15,617 nt of DNA from Candidatus Bathyarchaeia archaeon (GCA_038883855.1 JAVZLH010000019.1:1-15617), one strand, 5' to 3'; shown: positions 6,344 to 14,945, counted from the first letter of the stretch. Numbers and translations: made by a program. The notes: generated by a model from the sequence alone, not told the origin.

Positions 6344-9300
6344 TTAGGCAATTGATATGTAAACTCTGTTTTCGTCAAGTCGGTATTCCTGCCATTCAGC
6401 CTTGACTACTTCTCGTTTCTCATGTAATTGGATGCTTTTGGCGCGGACAAGCTCAGCCATATTCCGTAAATAAGGCTTTACAAGTTCAGCATCTTTTTCG
6501 CCGAGTCCTGCTATGTGGACAACTTCTAAAATGTCCGTCGGCATGTATCTTAATTCCTTCCTTAATGCTTGGACGCGGCGGGCTATATCCCGCATCAACC
6601 CTTCACCTACCAAGCTTTTGTCGCGCTCGATGTTTAAGAGCACTTGGAGCTGTTCTTCAGAAGCGGAAACCCAACATCTCTGCGAAGCATATTCTGGAAT
6701 TTTTTCTGCGTACTCTACATTTTTGACGTTTGCCAACTCCAGCATGAACTCTTCAAACTTTTTCAGGGCATTGCAGATTTTTTCTGAACCAACAACAACC
6801 ATCTTGTTTAAGGGCCATCTTCTCTTTATTCTAGCGGATTGCCTAGCGGAATAGACTAGTGAAACGCATTTGAGGAGCAGTTGGAACTCTTCTTCTAGAG
6901 TTTTGTTTCGCATTTTCTCTTCGGGCGTCGGCCAGTTTTCAAAGTTTACTGATTCTGGCAGCGTTGGGTCAAGTTTTCTGTAGACTTTTTGGTATAAGGC
7001 TTCGCTTAGGTAAGGCGTTACTGGGTTGAAGAGAAGAGTGGTTGTTTTTAGAACATACCATAGGGTTGCGTATATCGCTAGTCTCCTGTTTAGGGTTTGA
7101 GGATCGTCCGTCCAAAGTTCCTTTCTAATCATCGGCACGTAAACTCTGCTCACAGAATCTATCACAAAATCTTCTAGGGTTGACAGTGCGAAGTTGAATT
7201 CGCATCTTTCAAGTCTAGCCGTACACTCGCTTATTGTTGCCTGAAGCTTTGAAAGCAGCCAAAGGTCTGGGCTTTTCAGCTGTTTTTCTTTTAAAGCCCA
7301 TTCAAGTGTGTGTTTTTGCGGGTTGAAGTTGTCGTATTCGGCATTTTGCAAGAAGAATCTGTTTAGGTGGTATAGTGTTGACAGCACTTGGTGGGGACGG
7401 CGGTTCATTTCTTTAAGGTCGAAGTTCATGAAGTCTACTGGCGAGCATTTCCAGAGCATGTAGAATCTGGATACATCAGCGGAATGCTCTTCAAGTAGCC
7501 TATTAACCTCTATAATGTTGCCTAGGCTTTTGCTCATTTTTCTGCCTTTAGCATCTTGCGTTAACCCTTGAAAGAGAAAAGCCTTGTAAGGAGCCTCAGC
7601 CTTCCCCGTCAATATAACATGTTCCAGCAGAAGCGAGTTAGCCCATCCTCTGGTTTGGTCTATCCCCTCTGTTAGGAAGTCTGTGGGCACGTATTTTGCA
7701 AATTCTTCGTCTGTGAACCTCGCGTAAGGTGAGGCCCCACTGTTGTGCCAAGTGTCCAAAACATAATTTTCTCTACGCATTATGCCTCCGCATTTTTGGC
7801 ATTTGAAGGTTACGCGGTCAATCCAAGGCTTGTGAAGTTCAAAGTTTTCTGGGGGCTTCTCTATAGCTTTTTCTAAAATTTCTTTTTTGCTTGCCACAAA
7901 CTTTTTTTCTCCGCAGTTTTCGCATTTCCAAATTGGCAGCGGCGTGCCCCATACTCTTTCACGGGATATGCACCATGGCTTTCCCTCTTTTAGGAAGGAT
8001 AGGAAACGGTTTTTGGGGCTTTCAAAGAAGTATTCAACTTTCTCCGCGGCTTCAACGATTTTGGCGTTTATCTTGTCTGTTCTAAGGAAGTATTCTTTTC
8101 TGGCAAGCCAAATAAGCTTATGGTGAGAGCGCCAACACGTTGGATACTCATGTTTCACTGTTTTTGCTTCAACAAGCAATCCTCTTCTACGCAGTTCCTC
8201 AATAACCATTTTGTCAGTATCTCTTGCAAATATTCCACTGAAAACCCCCGCTTCGCTTGTAAATTTAACTTCGTCGTCGAAGGGAGCGAAAACTGGAACT
8301 CCACGTTTTTGCGCAGCATAAAAGTCTTCCTCACCGTTTCCAGGCGATAAGTGCACGACGCCAGTAGCCGTGTTCACATCAACAAAGTCTTCGCATACTA
8401 CCATGTGAACTAGGGGGTGTTTGTCAAGCTCTGCTTGTTTTGGAATTATGTCTTTGAATGGGTAGTCGTATTTTGTTCCTTCCAAGCTTTTGCCAGCAAC
8501 ACTCTCTACTATTTCATAGTCTTTTACGCCTAATTCCTGCATGACTGGTTCGACGCGCAGCTTCACCATTATCCACTTTTCGCTTCCAACCTTAACTTTT
8601 GCATATTCGGCTTCAGGGTGAACAGCAAGCATCATGTCTGTTATTACCGTGAAGGGCATTGTTGTCCAAACCAAAAAATACTCGTTTTGGCTGTTTGCCA
8701 CTTTAAATTTGAAGTAGAGAGACGGGTCTTCCACTTCCTTGTAAGAGTCTTCGTAGCCCACTTCGGCGCTGCTTAGGCTTGTTTGGCATCCTGGGCAATA
8801 GGCAACAACATAATAACCCTCCTCTAAAAGCCCTTGTTCCCAAGCGCGTTTCAAATATTGCCATTCCCGCTCGATATACTCATCCTTATATGTCCAGTAA
8901 GCCTTTTCTTGGTCTATGAAGACGCCGAGTTTTCTGTCAGCTTCAACCCACTCCCTATGATATTTCATAATGGCCCGCTTACACTCTTCTATGAAACGCT
9001 CTTCACCAACTTTTTCTAAAAGCTCCCGCTTGTTTCTAACTCCTAAAAGCTTCTCAACTTCCAACTCAACTGGCAAGCCTTGACAATCCCATCCAGCCCA
9101 GAAAGGCACAAAAAAGCCTTGCATTGTTTTCCATCTGTAACGCAAATCCTTTATTACACGTCCTCTGGCATGACCTATATGCGGTATGCCATTCAGCGTG
9201 GGCGGTCCTTCAACATAACCCGCAACGCCAACGTGATTTTTCTCGCGTAAATCCATGAGCTTTTTTTGTATTTGGTTTTTCTCCCAGAACTCGCGGATTT

Positions 9301-9373
9301 CCTTTTCAAGTTCAAGCGGGCGGTAATCTGGCTTAAGCGTTAAATCAAAATTGGTTTTGAATTTGACAGTCAC
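6344..9373 (-). CDS. ileS: Isoleucine--tRNA ligase, archaeal/eukaryotic type
   Basis: EGPPTLNGIPHIGH, GWDCQGLPVE, CP1 editing domain (WTTMPFT; TGVVHLSPGNGEEDF), WCISRERVWG, EGIDQTRGW, KMSKSLGN, CxxC pairs. GTG start with an in-frame stop just upstream. Confidence 0.98.
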   Translation of the reverse strand: MTVKFKTNFDLTLKPDYRPLELEKEIREFWEKNQIQKKLMDLREKNHVGVAGYVEGPPTLNGIPHIGHARGRVIKDLRYRWKTMQGFFVPFWAGWDCQGLPVELEVEKLLGVRNKRELLEKVGEERFIEECKRAIMKYHREWVEADRKLGVFIDQEKAYWTYKDEYIEREWQYLKRAWEQGLLEEGYYVVAYCPGCQTSLSSAEVGYEDSYKEVEDPSLYFKFKVANSQNEYFLVWTTMPFTVITDMMLAVHPEAEYAKVKVGSEKWIMVKLRVEPVMQELGVKDYEIVESVAGKSLEGTKYDYPFKDIIPKQAELDKHPLVHMVVCEDFVDVNTATGVVHLSPGNGEEDFYAAQKRGVPVFAPFDDEVKFTSEAGVFSGIFARDTDKMVIEELRRRGLLVEAKTVKHEYPTCWRSHHKLIWLARKEYFLRTDKINAKIVEAAEKVEYFFESPKNRFLSFLKEGKPWCISRERVWGTPLPIWKCENCGEKKFVASKKEILEKAIEKPPENFELHKPWIDRVTFKCQKCGGIMRRENYVLDTWHNSGASPYARFTDEEFAKYVPTDFLTEGIDQTRGWANSLLLEHVILTGKAEAPYKAFLFQGLTQDAKGRKMSKSLGNIIEVNRLLEEHSADVSRFYMLWKCSPVDFMNFDLKEMNRRPHQVLSTLYHLNRFFLQNAEYDNFNPQKHTLEWALKEKQLKSPDLWLLSKLQATISECTARLERCEFNFALSTLEDFVIDSVSRVYVPMIRKELWTDDPQTLNRRLAIYATLWYVLKTTTLLFNPVTPYLSEALYQKVYRKLDPTLPESVNFENWPTPEEKMRNKTLEEEFQLLLKCVSLVYSARQSARIKRRWPLNKMVVVGSEKICNALKKFEEFMLELANVKNVEYAEKIPEYASQRCWVSASEEQLQVLLNIERDKSLVGEGLMRDIARRVQALRKELRYMPTDILEVVHIAGLGEKDAELVKPYLRNMAELVRAKSIQLHEKREVVKAEWQEYRLDENRVYISIA

Positions 9374-9420
9374 CTTTCATCCCATTGCACCCGCAAATAC
9401 ACCAAAATACCCCATGCAAC

Positions 9421-9431
9421 ATATAACCTTT
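9421..9431 (-). promoter_or_regulatory. Putative ileS BRE/TATA
   Basis: Minus strand AAAGGTTATAT, ~48 nt upstream of the GTG start. Confidence 0.45.
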
Positions 9432-9474
9432 ACCCACGGCTAACTTTCTAATTTTAGGAGTTGCGCACGGTGTT

Positions 9475-9680
9475 TTAATGTTTCCTTTTTGTTTTAGGTT
9501 TTAATTTTATAAAGATTACAGCAATAGTTACTATGCCTATTAGGTGTGGTCTTATTGGCTCTGTTTCCGTGCATGGCCGTATAGGTATTAAGTAACCTCC
9601 AACAGGGACTATTGCACTGTTATGCAGGCAGAGTCTGATTTGGCGGTATTGGCTTTCGCATTTAATATTTTTATGATATC
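9475..9680 (-). pseudogene. Orphan C-terminal fragment of a surface protein with PVGG-hydrophobic-basic tail
   Basis: Minus strand reads DIIKILNAKANTAKSDSACITV, then after a 1-nt shift near 9617, AIVPVGGYLIPIRPCTETEPIRPHLIGIVTIAVIFIKLKPKTKRKH-stop (9475). The PVGG frame has no ATG/GTG/TTG start before an upstream stop. Confidence 0.65.
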
Positions 9681-9737
9681 TCTATTGCCCTTAACCCCTC
9701 AAAAACCTTATTCAAAAACTGTAATAAGATGCTTCCA

Positions 9738-11662
9738 TTAGTTGCTGTTAATTGAAAAGGCAGGCTCTAAAATGTTCTGAATCGTATAAAGAGAACGGTT
9801 TAGAAAAAGAGGAGTTTTGTTGAAAGATGTTTTTGTTTGCTTTGTTTTGGTTAGGGCTGTAGCGGCTGCTAGGGTAAGCAGTAGTAGTGAAAGTATTGGG
9901 TTGAGTGGAATTTCTGGTATTATGGTGACTTCGTGTTCTGAATGTGGATATGTGAAGTAAATGTAGGTGTTTTCTGCATCTGTCCAGTTTCTAAACTCTA
10001 CTGCCAATCCATTAACAAGTACCACATAGTTGCCGAGCCATAACGTGTTGACAATAGCGTTTGGGATTATGATTCTGCAAATGCCCGAGCCTGCTTCGCC
10101 GGTGACATTGAAGCTTATCACTTTTTCTGCCATGCTTACTTTGAAGTTTGAAACTGTTGAGTTGCTTATTACTTCGATATAGCGGCTTTCCATATCCCAA
10201 ATTCCAGCGTTGAAGGTGTTTATTGGCGCCATAAGCGGATAACCATCCGTGTTATTCATGTTGATACTATGTGCAGTGTCACCTATTCCATCGCTTCCAG
10301 TTTCGTTCTGGAAAGAACCACAGTTAAAATCAACACCCGTGTAATTGCTCCAGTAATTGCCGCCTGACGGATAACCATTATCCCATGTGCTGTTTACGTC
10401 GGTGAGAACGTGTTGCGTGTTGTCTATGAAGTTGTTGTGAAAAATCTTGTTATTGTAGCAGTCGTAGGTGAGGGTTATCCCTATGTTGTTTATGGTGATG
10501 TTGTTGTTTGAGATTTTGTTGTTGGAAGAGTAATAGTGTATGATTAAGCCATCGTTTGTGTTGGAGGAAACAATGTTTCCGAAAATTGTGTTGTTGGATT
10601 GGGTGAATCGGATTCCTTGAGAGTTGTTTAATACTGTGTTGAAAAGGATTTTGCTGTTGTTTGTGTAAGTTTCAAGGGTTATTCCTTCGACGTTTTTGAA
10701 AAGCGTGTTATTAATAACCGTATTATGCATGGAGCCGTAAAGGTAGATTCCATAGGAATTAGCGGAAACATTGTTATTCATGATGGTTTGGTTTTGGGAA
10801 TTAGAGCAATAAACGCCATAAAGATTTGAAACAATAGAATTATTGGCAATGATGTAATTGCGGGGCGCGCCGCCACTATAGCCAGCAACAAGAACCCCAT
10901 AGGTATGCTCTTTAATGGTGTTGTCGCCGATGGCAACATTTTCTGAGGTGCTATATACTCCATATACACCGTTGTTTAAGGCTGTGTTATTTATAGTCGT
11001 AATATTTTTGGATCCACGAATGTAAACGCCCCAGCCATACCATGTTGACGACGTTGACTCGTATTGTTCGTTGTCATAAATCTTATTGCTATCTATGCAT
11101 GTGTCATTAGACTGCCCGATGTCAATTCCGCATAAATTATTTGACAAAGTATTGTTGAAGACGATGGTTTCATTTGAATTATGAATTGCAATTCCATACC
11201 CCTCCCAAATAATTTCAAAGTCCGGCTCCATAATATAGAAGATTTTGTTATGTGACGCGTTATTTCCAGTAATCGTAATCTTGGTTGAAGAACGCACGTA
11301 TACACCTATGAAAATTTTTCAACTACGGTGTTTTTGATGGTGACATTATTTCTACTGGTTATGTTTATTCCGAAGCGTCCATACTCTTCTGGTCCGGATA
11401 TTTTGAAATTGTTACCGTCAAATATGATGTTGTCCCTTTCTATGATAATGGTTTTGTTGTAAATGTCCGCTGTTAAAGAGTAAGTCACGTTTTCAGCGTC
11501 TTTCGAAATTGGCACATCCGGCGGGTTAATACTTCCATCAGCCTTAATATATATGTAGCCGAAACCGTCAGTTGCTTTGGCTTGCCGAACATTTGTTGGC
11601 AACGTTAAAATCACAGCCAAAAACACTATAAGCACTATTATTGAAACAGTTTTTATCTTCAT
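9738..11662 (-). pseudogene. NosD/CASH parallel beta-helix surface protein, split by one frameshift
   Basis: Signal peptide plus IYIKADGSI and IIIERDNIIFDGN (11306-11662), then Asn-rich GI-x-L...N-x-I-x-x-N repeats, WDNGYPSGGNYWSNY...DGIGD...YPLM, and IIPEIP + TM + Lys tail (9738-11297). Adding one base in AAAAATTTT (11311-11319) fuses both ORFs as VEK(F/I)FIGVYVRSST, ~641 aa. Confidence 0.85.
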
Positions 11663-11762
11663 TTTACATCGCTACATTGTCGTATGCAACAGTTCTTAAA
11701 ATTTATGGAAGATTCTCAAGCCCCTAAGACTCTTAGTCTCAAAGAATTTTAATTTTGAGCTG

Positions 11763-12506
11763 TCACAAGTACTTATTAAACCATTCGAGGCTTAGATTAA
11801 TAGCCCTATCTAAATGCTCAACCCTAGAAAAAGTGTGATCACCCCCATCTATGATTTCAAGCCTTTTGGGTTCTGGAGCGGCTTCATAAATTTTCAATGC
11901 ATGTTCCACAGGGACAATTTCATCCATGCTTCCATGGATTATTAGTATTGGAGGAGCCTTCTTCACAGCTTTCAACAAGTCATACTTTTCTAAATCTTTG
12001 AAGAACTTATCCTTCAGCCTTCTACCCGACGGGAGCTCATAAATGCCTAGCTCCCGAGAGAGCCTGGACTCGCCCAAAACTGGAATCTTATAGGGGGTAG
12101 CCATAACAACCATTGCTTTGATCCGCTTGTTTTGCGCTGCCAAAGCCACCATTCCACCGAAACTTGAGCCGATGACACCAAGCCTATTAACGTCCACCTC
12201 GCTACTATCCCATAGAAATTTTATAGCAGCCCTGTAATCTTCAATCCTACTCGTTAGGCATGTTTCCTCAAACAATCCCTCGCTTTTTTCCAACCCATTC
12301 CCACAACCTCTAAAATTAAACCTTAAAAAAGCGTAACTCTCCCTGCAAAGCTTAGAAGCTATGATGGGCCATTTACTACTATCCTTATCGCTTTCAAGAC
12401 CATGCAAGGCAATAATGCAAGGCGCCCCTTTATAGGGTAAATGAAGATTTCCAAAAATTCGCCTACCACCACAATGGAAAGTTACCGATTCCATTTTTGC
12501 GCTCAA
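11763..12506 (-). CDS. Alpha/beta fold hydrolase
   Basis: LHGL oxyanion motif, RFNFRGCG, nucleophile elbow GSSFGG, HGSMDEIVP (acid), GGDHTF (His). TTG start preceded by GAGGG. Confidence 0.93.
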   Translation of the reverse strand: MSAKMESVTFHCGGRRIFGNLHLPYKGAPCIIALHGLESDKDSSKWPIIASKLCRESYAFLRFNFRGCGNGLEKSEGLFEETCLTSRIEDYRAAIKFLWDSSEVDVNRLGVIGSSFGGMVALAAQNKRIKAMVVMATPYKIPVLGESRLSRELGIYELPSGRRLKDKFFKDLEKYDLLKAVKKAPPILIIHGSMDEIVPVEHALKIYEAAPEPKRLEIIDGGDHTFSRVEHLDRAINLSLEWFNKYL

Positions 12507-12600
12507 ATTTTAACCCTCATCATCCCCATATGGATTTCTAGCGTCAATATGTTGTGGTTAGGCTGCAGCTATTAAAGCAAATCCTAAAAAGGAATTAACT

Positions 12601-13152
12601 TTACTTTGAATTATTTGGGATGGATGGCATGTGTCTTTTGATGATTTCGTAAATTGAGTAACCGCCAAAGATTGTTACGGTGCCTTGAAATATGTTGAAG
12701 ACCCCTATTAGCAAAACCACTATAGCTAGCATTCCTTGGACTTTCATCACTCCAAAAGAAATAAGTAACAGATTGACAGGTAGCATCACCAAAACTCTCA
12801 TTACGAGCCCCATGGTGAACATGAGGGCTAATCTGATTTTTTTGGCAGTCTTAAGACCTATAGCCATCCCCACTATAGTGGAGAACTCAGCGATGGCTTT
12901 CATTGACGCTCCTACAATGTCTCCGCTGCGCGCCAATATGGCGATTAAAGCAATTATGGATGTGAAAAAGCCTGGGATTAAACCGAAAAGCAACATGGCT
13001 AAAGCGATGGGTACGCCTGTAAAGTCAAATTTTAAAACGGGCATCAATGGAAAGGGTATTTTTAGGTTTGAGTATTTTAATGTGTAATCGAAAACAACTA
13101 CGAGAGCGGCTAAAATTGTTGTACCCGCTAATGTTGTTGTATTGAGTTTTAT
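12601..13152 (-). CDS. ECF transporter S component (RibU-like), probable ATA start
   Basis: The frame extends 35 codons upstream of the ORF-track start: IKLNTTTLAGTTILAALVVVFDYTLKYSNLKIPFPLMPVLKFDFTGVP, giving TM1 and the P-x-LKFD-x-x-x-VP motif of S components. About six hydrophobic segments in 183 aa. Substrate not determinable. Confidence 0.82.
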   Translation of the reverse strand: MKLNTTTLAGTTILAALVVVFDYTLKYSNLKIPFPLMPVLKFDFTGVPIALAMLLFGLIPGFFTSIIALIAILARSGDIVGASMKAIAEFSTIVGMAIGLKTAKKIRLALMFTMGLVMRVLVMLPVNLLLISFGVMKVQGMLAIVVLLIGVFNIFQGTVTIFGGYSIYEIIKRHMPSIPNNSK

Positions 13153-13202
13153 ATGAAACCCACCTGTGACCGTTGAAGTGTATAGTGTTTGTGATAAAAT
13201 TA

Positions 13203-13240
13203 TATTTAAATTTTGCTAACTTAATTTAGTAAATTAGTTA
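13203..13240 (-). promoter_or_regulatory. ECF S promoter (GCAAAA-TTTAAATA) with an adjacent upstream palindrome
   Basis: TATA at 13203-13210 and BRE-like purines at 13211-13216; inverted repeat TAAC(T)TAATTTA-G-TAAATTA-GTTA at 13217-13240. Confidence 0.55.
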
Positions 13241-13247
13241 AATTATG

Positions 13248-13544
13248 TTACGATTTTCGCAGCATCATCTTTGCTAACTCAATTATCTGTTTTATTACAT
13301 CCGCATTTTTAGAGTAGAGTACACGAGACCGTCCCACCTCATAAATCCCCAGAAGACCGCTCCGCTCAAGAATTTTCACGTGGCGGTAAACTGCAGCATA
13401 ATCCATCTTCAAAATTTTCGCAACAGCCTTGATGTGGAGAGGTCTTTCAGTTTCGTTAACTAACATCAATATTTTGAAGCGCACCGGGTTGCCAACAGCC
13501 TCAAACACAAGTGTAATTTTACTTATCTCGTTTTGCTCAAACAT
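13248..13544 (-). CDS. Winged helix-turn-helix transcriptional regulator, ArsR-like
   Basis: VFEAVGNPVRFKIL...IKAVAKILKMDYAAVYRHVKILERSGLL...GRSRVLY; SD GGTGG upstream. Confidence 0.9.
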   Translation of the reverse strand: MFEQNEISKITLVFEAVGNPVRFKILMLVNETERPLHIKAVAKILKMDYAAVYRHVKILERSGLLGIYEVGRSRVLYSKNADVIKQIIELAKMMLRKS

Positions 13545-13579
13545 TTTCCACCAAATATTATGTTATGCAAGGATTTAAT

Positions 13580-14113
13580 TTATGACATTTTCGCAAAACA
13601 TTTCAGACTCGGCGGTTGCTTTCTTAACCAGACGAAGCAAGAGTATATTGCTAACAGGATTACTGTTGCGTCAACAAATATTGATGCTTGTCCAATGTAG
13701 AACGGGTTGCCATACGCTATGGGATATATCACATAAGGCATGTCTTTATGGGTGAACATGTCCAAGAAAACGTGGCTGAAGCCTCCCAGAAAACTGTTCA
13801 AATAAATAGTCCCTAAAGGATAGCGCACTTTGACGGGTTCAAGCCGCAACCTACCATATGTACGCCACAACCTTTCCTCAAATAAGTGCTCAATGGCATA
13901 AACTCCAAAAGCAACCAGTATCGGGTAGATTGTTAAGGCTAGAAGGAAGCCGTGCAAAAGCCTATGGTCTAATGGTTCCCAAATAAGCAAATAGTAAAGG
14001 GTTTCTAAATCTATGAATGTTGTTGAAACCGCCAAAGCCAACGGGTCAACTTTCCGCTTATACCTAAAGTATAAGAACATGAAGGCGAGTGCGTGAAAGG
14101 GAATAAGCGCCAT
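13580..14113 (-). CDS. DUF4184/YdjM-like membrane-bound putative metal-dependent hydrolase
   Basis: MALIPFH, IDLE, HRLLH and SHVFLDMFTH motifs with several TMs. ATG 14113 lies 1 nt after the pyrK stop and is preferred over 14164. Confidence 0.75.
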   Translation of the reverse strand: MALIPFHALAFMFLYFRYKRKVDPLALAVSTTFIDLETLYYLLIWEPLDHRLLHGFLLALTIYPILVAFGVYAIEHLFEERLWRTYGRLRLEPVKVRYPLGTIYLNSFLGGFSHVFLDMFTHKDMPYVIYPIAYGNPFYIGQASIFVDATVILLAIYSCFVWLRKQPPSLKCFAKMS

Positions 14114-14114
14114 A

Positions 14115-14945
14115 TTATTCCAGCGGCATCGGTTTTCCGTTGAAGTCCCTTTTTGAAACTCCAAACTCGCCTTTAATCTGCCTCAGCTGATTTGAATTGA
14201 AAACTGGGCCGTCTCTGCAAACGCGATACTTGCCTACAACACAGCTTCCACATAAGCCTATAGCGCAGCGCATCAAACGTTCCAAACTTGCCTCTAAAAG
14301 TATTCTATGCTCTTCGGCTAAATCAAAAACTTCCCGCATCATTTTTTCCGGTCCACAAGTGTAAATCACATTAAAGTTTTCCCTAGCTAAAAGTTGTTTT
14401 AGGGGGGTTGTTGCTAAACCTTTGACGCCGTAACTGCCGTCTTCAGTTGTTGCAATAAGATTTTCTTTTCCGCATATTTTTTCGATTCTTTCTCTGAAAA
14501 GCAGCTCATCCTTTGTTTCGGCGCCCATCACAAAAAATATTTTCGCCTTTTCAGCAGCCAACTTTTTAGCTAAAAACAATAACGGGGCTAAACCAGTTCC
14601 TCCGCCGACAATTAAAGCTTTCCCATTTTCTAAAGTGAAGCTGTTTCCGAAGGGTCCGCGAACACCTATGATTTCGCCCTCTTTCATTCTGTGAAGCATT
14701 GCTGTTGCCTCTCCAACTTTTTTGACAGCCACAGAAACTTCGCCGTTCTCGTTCATGTCCATTATGCTTAATGGTATTTCGTCAACCTTTGGAATCCAAA
14801 GCATGAGAAACTGGCCTGGTTTAGCTTTTGCGCATGCTTTGTCTTTGAAGGTGAAGGTTTTCACTTTTGGGCTTTCAGTTTCCACGCGTAGAATCCTTGT
14901 TGTTCTTAATTTGTTAGCTGCGATGCGATAAGCCGACAATTTCAT
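14115..14945 (-). CDS. pyrK: Dihydroorotate dehydrogenase B electron transfer subunit
   Basis: PGQFLML, RGPFGN, VGGGTGLAP, CGPEKMM, and the 2Fe-2S motif MRCAIGLCGSC...VCRDGPVF; overlaps the pyrD end by 32 bp. Confidence 0.96.
   Translation of the reverse strand: MKLSAYRIAANKLRTTRILRVETESPKVKTFTFKDKACAKAKPGQFLMLWIPKVDEIPLSIMDMNENGEVSVAVKKVGEATAMLHRMKEGEIIGVRGPFGNSFTLENGKALIVGGGTGLAPLLFLAKKLAAEKAKIFFVMGAETKDELLFRERIEKICGKENLIATTEDGSYGVKGLATTPLKQLLARENFNVIYTCGPEKMMREVFDLAEEHRILLEASLERLMRCAIGLCGSCVVGKYRVCRDGPVFNSNQLRQIKGEFGVSKRDFNGKPMPLE

Noticed and set aside
9374-9737. T-box or riboswitch leader for ileS
   Set aside because: No T-box motif seen, T-boxes are bacterial, a TATA lies close to the start, and most of the gap is explained by the PVGG fragment.
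10380-11200. GTT/TTG-rich periodic sequence as a DNA repeat array, CRISPR or DGR template/variable repeat
   Set aside because: It reflects Asn codons of the beta-helix repeats; there are no identical spaced repeats, no near-duplicate pair and no reverse transcriptase or cas gene in the window.
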